Of a stretch of 64,000 bases of DNA, positions 1 through 8,580 are shown piece by piece (the stretch's first letter is position 1; each line of letters begins with the position of its first letter). The DNA is from an uncultured Rikenella sp. (GTDB lineage Bacteria; Bacteroidota; Bacteroidia; Bacteroidales; VadinHA17), in assembly GCA_964470815.1 (NCBI GenBank), contig CAYYEH010000004.1, positions 16,442 to 80,441 on the forward strand. The letters run 5' to 3'. The translations under genes and the position numbers were made by a program. The notes under the pieces were generated by a model, which did no database searches, was not told the DNA's origin, and worked only from the letters and a program-made list of their open reading frames with translations.

Positions 1-716
1 TTTGAGAAGTAGGTTTCAGCAGCGCATGAGACAGCGTAGAGTCCGGGGGCAGGGACGAGTTTTGTAACGTCAGTCACGGGGATACGTATCATGGGCACCA
101 GGGTGGTGATACCCGGGTCTTCCTTCAGGGCATTGCCGATGACAAGGTAAAAGTGGTCGAGGTAGGCATTTGCCCGCTGGATGTATCCTTCTGTCAGCGC
201 CTGCCTGATACGTGTTGAGCTTACTGTCTCATTCTGCACCTCCTGCATGGGTATCTCCTCGGCCTCGAAACCGTATTTTTCCCTCCACTCCCACAGAGTA
301 CGATAGTCACCCTGCTGGTTGAACCCGAAATGGTGGTTATGGCCAACAACAATCACCCTGGCTCCAAGGATGCCGCAGAGGATATCACGTACGAATTCCT
401 CGCTTGTAATCCGGGCAAAGTCACGCGTAAACTCAATGATTATTACATTTTCAAGTCCGGCCTTCCGGAGGAGTTCGATCTTCTCTTCCTGTGAACATAT
501 CAGCTTCAGACCTTTGCCTGCGGTCTCCGGGTAGAGCACCACCCTCGGATGGGGATGAAAAGTGATCAGTACGCTCTCCCCTCCGTGTTCCGATGCCAGT
601 TTCTTCAGCCTGTTGATGATGGTCCGGTGACCGATGTGAACCCCGTCGAAGGTACCGGTCGTAACTACCGGGGCATTTATAACCGAGGCTTCCTGAAAGC
701 TCCTGAAGATCCTCAT
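1..716 (-). CDS. ribF: Bifunctional riboflavin kinase / FMN adenylyltransferase (RibF), C-terminus cut by window edge
   Basis: Absent from the ORF track because it is open at the window edge. My translation of the minus strand from ATG 716..714 reads MRIFRSFQEASVINAPVVTTGTFDGVHIGHRTIINRLKKLA...VIVVGHNHHFGF...VSSTRIRQAL, which carries the FAD-synthetase motifs GxFDGxHxGH and SSTxIR. Its ATG overlaps the rex stop (ATGA). Confidence 0.85.
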   Translation of the reverse strand, partial: MRIFRSFQEASVINAPVVTTGTFDGVHIGHRTIINRLKKLASEHGGESVLITFHPHPRVVLYPETAGKGLKLICSQEEKIELLRKAGLENVIIIEFTRDFARITSEEFVRDILCGILGARVIVVGHNHHFGFNQQGDYRTLWEWREKYGFEAEEIPMQEVQNETVSSTRIRQALTEGYIQRANAYLDHFYLVIGNALKEDPGITTLVPMIRIPVTDVTKLVPAPGLYAVSCAAETYFS

Positions 717-1351
717 TGTCCGGCCGGCTGCTTGTTTTCCTTGACATAGTAAGCTACCTTCTCAATGGAGGTGATCATGTCAAACTCTTCGAGGTAGACG
801 TTGTCAGGCACATTAAGGGGTACAGTGGTGAAATTCATGATACCCTTGATACCGTTGCTTACAAGCATTGATGAAGTGGATACAGCCTGGTCTGCGGGTA
901 CAGCCAGTACGGCGACGACAATATCAAGTTCTTCCCTGAGCTTCCTCATCTGGCTGATATTGTAGCACCGCACACCGGCAACAACTTTATCAACCTTCTG
1001 AGGATCAACGTCAAATGCTGCAACCACGTTCATATTGGTACGCCTGCCCATGAAATAGCCTGTGATGGCCCGGCCGAGGTTACCCATCCCGATGATTGCC
1101 ACATTGAGTCCTTTGGGAGCGTCAATTATGGAGCCGATGGTTTTGATCAATTCCCTTACATCATACCCTTTTCGCATGACGCTTCCGTAACCGATGAGCA
1201 TGAGATCACGCCTGACCTGAACGGCAGTGATATGCAGCATCGCCGCAAGCTCATGTGAGAAAACATAATTTCGGTTAGATGCCAGGGTGGTTATAAGTGC
1301 CCTTCTGTACTGGCTGAGGCGTTCAACTGTTTTTCCGGGTAGTGTTTTCAT
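713..1351 (-). CDS. rex: Redox-sensing transcriptional repressor Rex
   Basis: 212 aa. N-terminal winged helix (RLSQYRRAL, VFSHELAAMLHITAVQVRRDLMLIGYGS) and a Rossmann GxGxxG (IIGMGNLGRA), with overall Rex length and layout. There are 4-bp overlaps with both flanking genes. Confidence 0.9.
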   Translation of the reverse strand: MKTLPGKTVERLSQYRRALITTLASNRNYVFSHELAAMLHITAVQVRRDLMLIGYGSVMRKGYDVRELIKTIGSIIDAPKGLNVAIIGMGNLGRAITGYFMGRRTNMNVVAAFDVDPQKVDKVVAGVRCYNISQMRKLREELDIVVAVLAVPADQAVSTSSMLVSNGIKGIMNFTTVPLNVPDNVYLEEFDMITSIEKVAYYVKENKQPAGQ

Positions 1352-2496
1352 ATTCCTGTCTTTATATTGGAAACCTGAGACCTGGGGATGATCACGGTGA
1401 AGACTGATCCCCTGTCCGGGGCGCTCTCCACATTGATCACACCATGGTAGAGATCAACAACCTTTTTCACTATCGAGAGTCCCAGGCCGCTGCCGCTGAT
1501 GTTGCGGGTCTTGTCATTGCGGATCCTGGAGAACTCCTCGAAGAGCATATCACGTTCGTCACCGTTCATTCCAATCCCGGTGTCAGCCACCGAGACGGAG
1601 AATTCACTGTCATTGCAATCAACTGTTACCCTGACTGTTCCGCCGGGCTTGTTGTACTTCACGGCATTGGAGACGAGGTTATTGAGGATTATCTCGAAAT
1701 CGTTAGGGTCAGCCCAGATGGTTTCACATCCCCTGACCTCGGTGACAAACTGAATGTCCTTGTGTATTGCATAAGGGCTGACTGTTCCGACAGCCATGGA
1801 TACAAGCTCCTTCAGGTTCACATTCTGCATTTTCTCCATCTGCCGCTCAAAGTTCACCTTGGTGAAATCGAGCAGGTCCATTATCAGGTTCCTCATGCTC
1901 TCAATTCTCTGAAGTGATCTTTCTATTGCCGATGAATACTCATCCAGTGAATCGCCCATCTGCCTCTCCTGCATCATCCTGAGATAGCCCTCAATGGCAT
2001 TTAGGGGGGCCTTCAGTTCGTGAGACAGGACGGAAAGAAACTGGAACCTCACCTTCCTGCCCTCCACCTTGAGCTTGTGGGTTATCCTCCGAAGGTACTG
2101 CTGCTTTGTTATCTGTTCGATGGAGGCTTTCAGTTCCTGCGGGGTAAAAGGCTTGGGGATGAAGTCTATGGCTCCGTCATTGTGTGCCTTGACGGCAACA
2201 TCAATGGAAGCATAGGAGGTGATCATCGCCACGACAATGTCGTAGTTTTTCTTTCTCACATATTCTAGAACCTCAACACCCTGGATACCGGGAAGCTTAT
2301 TGTCAAGCAAAAGGATATCAGGCATCTCCCGGTCAATTATTTCTATTCCTTCCTCTCCTGTGGCAGCCTCCAGGATATTAAATGTATAATCCTCATCCAT
2401 AAACGGATAGGTGACATGAAAATTTCCCAGGATTCTTGATACACCTGATCGTATACCGGGTTCGTCATCAACTACAAGTACCTTCAGTTGTGCCAT
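1348..2496 (-). CDS. Hybrid response-regulator receiver / histidine kinase (REC-HisKA-HATPase_c)
   Basis: 382 aa. REC domain (VLVVDDEPGIR, LLLDNKLPG), H-box LSVLSHELKAPLNAI and ATPase boxes NLVSNAVKYN, DTGIGM, GSGLGLSIV. Confidence 0.9.
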   Translation of the reverse strand: MAQLKVLVVDDEPGIRSGVSRILGNFHVTYPFMDEDYTFNILEAATGEEGIEIIDREMPDILLLDNKLPGIQGVEVLEYVRKKNYDIVVAMITSYASIDVAVKAHNDGAIDFIPKPFTPQELKASIEQITKQQYLRRITHKLKVEGRKVRFQFLSVLSHELKAPLNAIEGYLRMMQERQMGDSLDEYSSAIERSLQRIESMRNLIMDLLDFTKVNFERQMEKMQNVNLKELVSMAVGTVSPYAIHKDIQFVTEVRGCETIWADPNDFEIILNNLVSNAVKYNKPGGTVRVTVDCNDSEFSVSVADTGIGMNGDERDMLFEEFSRIRNDKTRNISGSGLGLSIVKKVVDLYHGVINVESAPDRGSVFTVIIPRSQVSNIKTGI

Positions 2497-2498
2497 GG

Positions 2499-2891
2499 TC
2501 AGATCTTAAGAAGTTTCCTGATTTCCTGTTCAAGCTGCTCCGGCCTGACACCCTTTTCAAGGTAGAGGTCGGCCCTTATCCATTCACGGTCCTGTCCCCC
2601 GCTGAGTCCGAAGGTAATCCCGGTCTCGCGTGATACGGCAGTGGCGAGGATCACCGGGACTTCGGGGTATTTTCTCTTCAGCTTATAACAGAGTATGAAG
2701 CCGCTGTCATCGCTCTCCATCATAAGATCGAATACTGCTATATCAGGCTTCATCTTCGCTATCACCTGTTCAGCCTCAGCCTGGCTTTCAACGGCCATCA
2801 CCTCGAAACCTGCCTTGCGCAGGTAAAATGCCACCTGGAAAAGGTAATCGGGGTCATCGTCAGCAAGCAGGATTGTATAAATTTTACTCAT
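2499..2891 (-). CDS. Stand-alone response regulator receiver (CheY-like, no output domain)
   Basis: 130 aa, single REC domain (ILLADDDPD, AVFDLMM, VPVILATA). It lies 2 bp upstream of the hybrid kinase gene. Confidence 0.9.
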   Translation of the reverse strand: MSKIYTILLADDDPDYLFQVAFYLRKAGFEVMAVESQAEAEQVIAKMKPDIAVFDLMMESDDSGFILCYKLKRKYPEVPVILATAVSRETGITFGLSGGQDREWIRADLYLEKGVRPEQLEQEIRKLLKI

Positions 2892-2934
2892 TGCCTGGTT
2901 TTTTTTGTTTCTTCATGTTTTCAGTCACCTCCGG

Positions 2935-4899
2935 TTATTCAGGTCTTCTGGGCAAAATTATCCTGAACGTTGTTCCGGTTGGCCCTTTGGCAGGATCACT
3001 GTTTGTTTCAACTGTAATCTGCCCCTTGTGCATCTTGACGATGCCGTAGGTTGTGGCCAGACCCAGACCTGTACCCTTACCGAGCACCTTGGTGGTAAAG
3101 AAGGGTTCAAATATCTTGGGTTTATCCTCATCCTTTATTCCGCTGCCGGTATCGGAGACGATGAATACAACGTCGCTGGGAGTGTCCTCAAGGGTGACTG
3201 TCAGCGTGCCTCCCTCAGGCATTGCATCAATTGCATTCCTGAAGAGGTTTGTAAGCACCTGCGTCATCTGCTCGGAGTCGATGGAGGCATCCGGGCTGGT
3301 GGTACGGTCTTCGATGACTGCTTTCACGTTTTCCGGGAAGACCACTCCGGCCACGCTGTTCTCTGTCAGTTTCCTGATATCAATGAACTGGTGGTTGACC
3401 TGATTCTTGCGGGCAAAGTTGAGCAGCCCGGCAACTATCTTCTTACATCGTGCAGCCTGTTCCACGATGAGCTGCAGGTCCTCACGCACAGGATCTTCCG
3501 GTTTGCATTCATCAAGCAGTATGTTGCTGTACATGATTACCACCCCGAGGGGATTATTGAGTTCATGGGCAATACCGGCAGAGAGCTGACCCATGTGCGC
3601 AAGCTTCTCCGATTGCTTGAGAGCGTTCTGCATGGTGGTGAGCTTGGCATTGGAAAGTGCAAGGTCCTGCACTGACCTGTGCAGCTTTTCTATCGTATAG
3701 GGAAGGCACATCTCCTCCTCGGCCAAGCCCTTGATGATGGCTATGGCATGGTCATAGCATGTGTCATACCCGCATGCCCCGCAGTTAAGGTGATCCTTTT
3801 CAGTCACCTTGCCCATTGAAGCAAGAACTTTTCTGACCTCCTCATCCTCTGCCATCATCTGTCGCTTGTCCTCTTCGCGGAAACGGACAGTCAGATCAAG
3901 CCTGTCATAAATCTCCAGGTTGTTCCGCCACTCCTCCATATCGAGGGATGACATTTTATACTGGGCATATGAGCTCACGAGAGCCCTGCGGTTGTACTGT
4001 TTGCCACCCTTGCTCATGCCGGGACCCATTATGCATCCCTCGCAGCACAGCAGTTCAAGGTGTTGGCCGCCGATCATTCCCTGTTCAAATTCCTTGATGG
4101 CTTCCTGGAAGTCAATTCTTCCTTCGGCGGCTATTATGTTTCCTGTAATGGCATCATCATTGACACCGGCAGTCTGAAGCAGCCCGCGTGTCACCGGGAA
4201 TATGGCTCCCCTACCTCCCAGCGGCGGATCGAATTCGGAAGGCTCAGCCGTATCAGCCGTGATGGATGAAGACTCCAGCATCTCTCGCAGTTCTATGAAG
4301 GTGAGGGCTGCATCAACCTCAGAATTTTCAGCCTTCTTGGCAACACAGGGACCGATGAAGACCACCGAAAGGTCATTACCATGCTTCTTTCTCATCACCC
4401 TGGTCATTGCAACCATGGGTGATACCACAGGAATGAGCTCCGGTGTCAGGCCGGGATGGTAAAACCTGATAAAGGATACTATGGCCGGACAGTCTGATGA
4501 AATATAATTTTTTGCCCCGGCATCACTGATCATGTTACGGTAGCGGTGAGCCACGAGGTCAGCCCCGAATGAGACCTCGGCCACATAGTCAAACCCGAGG
4601 GCCCTGATCATACCGACAACCTTGCGGTGATCGGTCACGTCATGGAACTCGGCGGGGAAGCTCGGGGCTATCAGCGCCGCCTTTCTGCCGGGCCTGGCAA
4701 TAAGCTTCCTTACCAGGTCAACAGTATTGACAAATACCTTTGCACCCTGGCTGCATACCTTGGTGCAGTTACCGCAGGCAATGCATCTCTCGGTGATGAC
4801 CTCTGCCTGGCCTCCTACTATCCGGATGGCGCGGGCAGGGCACTCCCTGACGCAGGTATAGCATGTACGGCAAAGCTCTTTTATTGTATATACAAGCAT
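2935..4899 (-). CDS. Sensory [FeFe]-hydrogenase-like protein fused to a histidine kinase (2x[4Fe-4S] + H-cluster domain + CxxCGYxxC Fe-S motif + HisKA + HATPase_c)
   Basis: 654 aa. Ferredoxin motifs [12 protein letters not shown] and [12 protein letters not shown]-domain motifs [21 protein letters not shown] and [13 protein letters not shown]. An [15 protein letters not shown] motif, the H-box [13 protein letters not shown] and G-boxes SDTGSGI and GTGLGLATT. Confidence 0.85.
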   Translation of the reverse strand: MLVYTIKELCRTCYTCVRECPARAIRIVGGQAEVITERCIACGNCTKVCSQGAKVFVNTVDLVRKLIARPGRKAALIAPSFPAEFHDVTDHRKVVGMIRALGFDYVAEVSFGADLVAHRYRNMISDAGAKNYISSDCPAIVSFIRFYHPGLTPELIPVVSPMVAMTRVMRKKHGNDLSVVFIGPCVAKKAENSEVDAALTFIELREMLESSSITADTAEPSEFDPPLGGRGAIFPVTRGLLQTAGVNDDAITGNIIAAEGRIDFQEAIKEFEQGMIGGQHLELLCCEGCIMGPGMSKGGKQYNRRALVSSYAQYKMSSLDMEEWRNNLEIYDRLDLTVRFREEDKRQMMAEDEEVRKVLASMGKVTEKDHLNCGACGYDTCYDHAIAIIKGLAEEEMCLPYTIEKLHRSVQDLALSNAKLTTMQNALKQSEKLAHMGQLSAGIAHELNNPLGVVIMYSNILLDECKPEDPVREDLQLIVEQAARCKKIVAGLLNFARKNQVNHQFIDIRKLTENSVAGVVFPENVKAVIEDRTTSPDASIDSEQMTQVLTNLFRNAIDAMPEGGTLTVTLEDTPSDVVFIVSDTGSGIKDEDKPKIFEPFFTTKVLGKGTGLGLATTYGIVKMHKGQITVETNSDPAKGPTGTTFRIILPRRPE

Positions 4900-4911
4900 C
4901 TCCTGTTCAGT

Positions 4912-6627
4912 TTAAAGCAATACGTCCCTCCTGCTGAAGTGAGTATGAAACAGCTTTTTATCAGCAAGCTCGGAACACTGTTCAAATACCCTGCCATAGA
5001 GGTCGGCGACGGAAGCTGACTGTTCAGGTCCGCGGACAGCTTCCTGGTCATCAGTCTGCCAGATGAATTTTACTCTCTGCCTCACAGCCTCCCTTGACCC
5101 GGCAGGGAGCATCCCGCCACCGTTGACACAGCCTCCGGGGCAGGTCATTACCTCGACGAGGTCATAATGCACCCCGCTTTCAATCATCTGCCTCACTTTG
5201 GACAGGCCTTTCAGCCCGTCAACCACCGCCACTTTATAACTCTCTCCTCCGGCTGTGACCGTCGTCTCGCGGAAGGTTCCGGTGTTGCGCAATTTCTTGA
5301 CTGCAGGCCTGTCAGCCTCCTTTTCACCCTTTCTGGCTGCCAGTGACCGGAGAACAGATTCAGTAATGCCCCCGGCAGATTCTGCCAGGAAGGAGGCAGA
5401 ACTGCGAAGCGCCATCGGCTCGTCAGCAGGCTCCGGATCAATATTCGTGATATCAATGCCATAGAGTACGATAAGCCGTGCCAGTTCCCTCACTGTCAAT
5501 ACGGTATCAATATCACTGATCCCCTTGCGGGTCATGCTGTCACGACGTGCCTCAAACTTCATTGCAGTGCACGGGGTAACGGATACAGTATAAACCCTTG
5601 GTTTATCATCACTTACTGGCACAACCGATTTGATTATTGAGCCTGATATCTGTTGCGGCGTTTTAAGGGTTGAGAGCATCGGCAGGAGTTCGGGTGTGAA
5701 CTGCTCACAGTATTTGACCCAGGCCGGGCATGCCGAGACTATCAGCGGTTTCCCGGCAGGATTTCCTTTTGTGCTGATGATGGCGTCAGTAAGTTCTGTT
5801 ATCAGAATATCAGTTCCTGTTCCCGAGAGGAAAATTTTATCGAAGCCGGTCTTCCTGAGTGCAGCATTGAGAAGCCTGTCGAAGTCGCGGTTGTATTTTA
5901 TGCCCAGTTCCTCTGCCAGGGCATACGGCACCAACGGGGAATACTGGATAACCCTTGTAACATCATGTCGGCTGAGCTGTTCCTGCACCTCTGCAAGATA
6001 ATGCTTTTCATGAAGGGCTCCGGTTGGGCACACCAGAACGCACTGGCCGCAGTGTATGCAGCTCGAGAAGTTGAAATCGCGGTCCATGGCCGGACCCACA
6101 TGTGTATAGCGCCCCCTGCCAATGAAGTCTATTGATGTGGCTGTGACCACCTCCTCGCAGATCCTAAGACAGCGGCCGCAGAGGATGCACTTTGAAAGCT
6201 CGCGGACAATGGCCGGGCTCGACTGGTCACGGCGTGGCTTGATCTTGCTTCCGCGTATGCGCCGCTCCCTCACCTGCATCTCATCTGACAGGCGCTGCAA
6301 TTCGCAGTCAAGATTGCGGTCACAGTACAGGCAGTCATCAGGATGGTTGGAAAGAAGGAGCTCGACGATTGTCTTGCGGGCCCTGATGACGCGGGGTGAA
6401 TGGGTCTTTATTTTCATCCACTCTTCAACAGGTGCCGAGCAGGCAGTGACAAGCCTGTCACGCCCCTCAACCTCCACCACGCACATACGACAGGCACCAG
6501 TAGGGGTGAACTCCGCCATACGGCAGAGTGTGGGAATGATTATGCCATTGCGGTTCAGGGCGGAGAGTATGGTCTCTCCCTTTTCGGCCCTGATGCTCTT
6601 GTTATTGACTTCGATGGTGAACTGCAT
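4912..6627 (-). CDS. hydA: [FeFe]-hydrogenase large subunit HydA-like (M3 architecture: [2Fe-2S] + His-ligated [4Fe-4S] + 2x[4Fe-4S] + H-domain), with atypical H-cluster pocket
   Basis: 571 aa. Cluster motifs are C35/C46/C49/C63, HPDDCLYCDRNLDC, CILCGRCLRIC and CIHCGQCVLVCP. H-domain motifs are VSACPAW (canonical TSCCPxW), TPCTAMKFE (canonical MPCxxKxxE) and EVMTCPGGCVNGGG. A small-subunit-like C-terminal tail is present. Tightly linked to hydB and hydC. Confidence 0.85.
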   Translation of the reverse strand: MQFTIEVNNKSIRAEKGETILSALNRNGIIIPTLCRMAEFTPTGACRMCVVEVEGRDRLVTACSAPVEEWMKIKTHSPRVIRARKTIVELLLSNHPDDCLYCDRNLDCELQRLSDEMQVRERRIRGSKIKPRRDQSSPAIVRELSKCILCGRCLRICEEVVTATSIDFIGRGRYTHVGPAMDRDFNFSSCIHCGQCVLVCPTGALHEKHYLAEVQEQLSRHDVTRVIQYSPLVPYALAEELGIKYNRDFDRLLNAALRKTGFDKIFLSGTGTDILITELTDAIISTKGNPAGKPLIVSACPAWVKYCEQFTPELLPMLSTLKTPQQISGSIIKSVVPVSDDKPRVYTVSVTPCTAMKFEARRDSMTRKGISDIDTVLTVRELARLIVLYGIDITNIDPEPADEPMALRSSASFLAESAGGITESVLRSLAARKGEKEADRPAVKKLRNTGTFRETTVTAGGESYKVAVVDGLKGLSKVRQMIESGVHYDLVEVMTCPGGCVNGGGMLPAGSREAVRQRVKFIWQTDDQEAVRGPEQSASVADLYGRVFEQCSELADKKLFHTHFSRRDVLL

Positions 6628-6630
6628 AGC

Positions 6631-8580
6631 TTATTTTACTGTAACCGCACTGAACTTGCAAACATCATAGCATACCCCACACCCGATGCATTTGTCCTCA
6701 ACAATAAAGAAGGGCTGCAGCCTTGTGCCGTATATGGCATTTACCGGGCATTTGGCGGCACAGACAGTGCAACCCGTGCACTTCTCAACATCGATGCTGA
6801 AGGTCCTCAGTCCGCGACAGACATTGGCACGGCATCGCCTGTCAAAGATATGCTCCTCAAACTCCTCGCGGTAGTTGGCAAGGGCGCTGATAAATGGATT
6901 TGGGGCTGTCTGCCCCAGGCCGCAGAGCGAAGTATCCTTCATCACCGAAGCGATGGTCTCAAGCTGCATCACCCCCTTGAACCTCTCAAGGGTTGCATTG
7001 GAGTCTTCACTATGAGGCTTCCGGACAACGTTTTCAAGAATCTCCTGCATCCGGCCCGTTCCCTCCCGGCAGGGGATGCATTTGCCACAGCTCTCCCGGT
7101 GGATGAACTCCATGTAATACCTCACGAAATCGACAAGACAGGTGGTCTCATCAATGATGATTAGCCCGCCCGAGCCCATGGCAATACCGTTTGCCCTGAG
7201 AACGTCATAATCTACAGGCAGATCGAGGTTCTTCTCTGTTATAAAGGTACCTGACGGACCTCCAATCTGGAGAGTCTTGAATGCCTTGCCGTCCCTGATA
7301 CCGTCAGCTATCCCCTCGGCAATGGTTCTGAAGGTAGTTCCCATTTCAACCTCGATAAGGCCTGTGAATCGCCCCCTTCCTCCGAGGGAGAAGAGTTTGG
7401 TGCCTTTGCTCCCTTCCGTACCCATCGATCTGAACCACTCCGGTCCGTGAGACATAATAAGTGGAACATTCATAAGGGTTTCCACGTTGTTTATTACGGT
7501 AGGCTTGCCGTACAGGCCGCTGGTGGTAGGATACGGCGGTTTGAGCTCAGGCATTCCCCGCTTGCCCTCCAGGGAGGCAATCAGTGCTGTCTCCTCTCCG
7601 CAGACGAATGCTCCGGCCTCTTCCCGTACTATTATCTCGAGGTTGAATCCGCTTGACAGGATATTGTGGCCGGTGATGCCGAATTCAGCGGCGGCGGCGA
7701 GTGCCTTTCGTAAACGTGCCAGCGGGTGGGGTGACCCGGTTTTCAGGTAGATGACTGCAGTGGAGGCCCCTATTGCGTATGAGGCAATGCATATACCTTC
7801 TATCAGCCTGTGCGGGTCACCCTCCATCACTGACCTGTCAGCGTATGATCCAGGATCGCTCTCCTTGGCATTGCAGATCAGGAACCTGTTGTCAGATGCC
7901 GAGTTGAGGGCGTACTTCCACTTCAGCCCGGTGTTGAAGCCGCCGCCGCTGCGACCACGCAGGCCGCTGCGCTCAACAATGTCACACACCTCTTCATGGG
8001 TATAGTTGCGAATTGTCTTCAGAAAGGCCCTGTATCCTCCCCGTGCTATATACTCCTCTATGCTTTCAGGGTCATAACAGCCGCAGTTTCCAAGAACCAC
8101 CCTCTTCTGCAGCCTGAAGAAGGGCACCTCCTCCATGAAGGGTATCTCATGCCAGGCCTCAAAGCCGTAACTGCCCGACTGTGCGACCAGGTCCTCCTCA
8201 GGCATATCATTGTGGAATACGCCGTTAAGAAGGGGCTCAATCTTGTCTTCAGTAATATTCCTGAAGATGAGTTTGTTCTTGCCGGGCAGATGAACACAAA
8301 CCAGGGGTTCAAATGCAGCAGGTCCGTGACAACCGGTCCGTACAACCTCACCCCTGATTCCCATCTCTTCCAGGTAAAGTTCTGCGGCAGCTGCGGTGAC
8401 GTTGGCTCCGGCAATTATTGCTGCGGACCCGGAAGCCACATAGATGACAGGTGCTGAGGGCTTGTCACGCCTTACTTCTGCAAGCCGCCTGGCTGTCTCA
8501 GAGGGCAGGGTGTCAGTGCCGTGCAGCAGCACCTCCCTGATAAGGAAATCTTTCAGGCCGTAGTCAGTAATCTTTTTCAT
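6631..8580 (-). CDS. hydB: NuoF-like flavoprotein subunit HydB of NAD(P)H-linked/bifurcating hydrogenase
   Basis: 649 aa. FMN/NADH motifs GRSGGGFNTGLKWK and GEETALIASLEGKRGMP. N3-type cluster motif ESCGKCIPCREG...CGLGQTAPNP. C-terminal 2x[4Fe-4S] motifs CTGCTVCAAKCP and CIGCGVCYDVC. Confidence 0.9.
   Translation of the reverse strand: MKKITDYGLKDFLIREVLLHGTDTLPSETARRLAEVRRDKPSAPVIYVASGSAAIIAGANVTAAAAELYLEEMGIRGEVVRTGCHGPAAFEPLVCVHLPGKNKLIFRNITEDKIEPLLNGVFHNDMPEEDLVAQSGSYGFEAWHEIPFMEEVPFFRLQKRVVLGNCGCYDPESIEEYIARGGYRAFLKTIRNYTHEEVCDIVERSGLRGRSGGGFNTGLKWKYALNSASDNRFLICNAKESDPGSYADRSVMEGDPHRLIEGICIASYAIGASTAVIYLKTGSPHPLARLRKALAAAAEFGITGHNILSSGFNLEIIVREEAGAFVCGEETALIASLEGKRGMPELKPPYPTTSGLYGKPTVINNVETLMNVPLIMSHGPEWFRSMGTEGSKGTKLFSLGGRGRFTGLIEVEMGTTFRTIAEGIADGIRDGKAFKTLQIGGPSGTFITEKNLDLPVDYDVLRANGIAMGSGGLIIIDETTCLVDFVRYYMEFIHRESCGKCIPCREGTGRMQEILENVVRKPHSEDSNATLERFKGVMQLETIASVMKDTSLCGLGQTAPNPFISALANYREEFEEHIFDRRCRANVCRGLRTFSIDVEKCTGCTVCAAKCPVNAIYGTRLQPFFIVEDKCIGCGVCYDVCKFSAVTVK

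Noticed and set aside
319-749. ORF-track entries 319..534(+), 451..747(-) and 549..749(+)
   Set aside because: They are off-frame or antisense to the edge-truncated ribF reading frame. That frame translates into clear FAD-synthetase motifs, whereas these products are low-complexity Arg/Ser/Pro-rich.
2905-3675. 256-aa plus-strand ORF antisense to the sensor kinase gene. Similar long antisense ORFs occur at 6122..7164, 7996..8457, 9986..10543, 12048..12605, 42525..43340, 43890..44519, 56290..56853 and 57751..58329
   Set aside because: Each lies fully inside a gene with strong motif support on the other strand. Their translations lack recognisable motifs and have the Leu/Arg/Ser/Gly/Pro-rich composition typical of antisense frames in DNA of moderate GC content.
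6628-6630. Possible gene fusion, frameshift or selenocysteine recoding among the tightly packed hyd genes
   Set aside because: All junctions have ordinary stop and start codons (overlaps of 4 bp or gaps of 2-43 bp). Each product has a complete domain set, so nothing suggests recoding.
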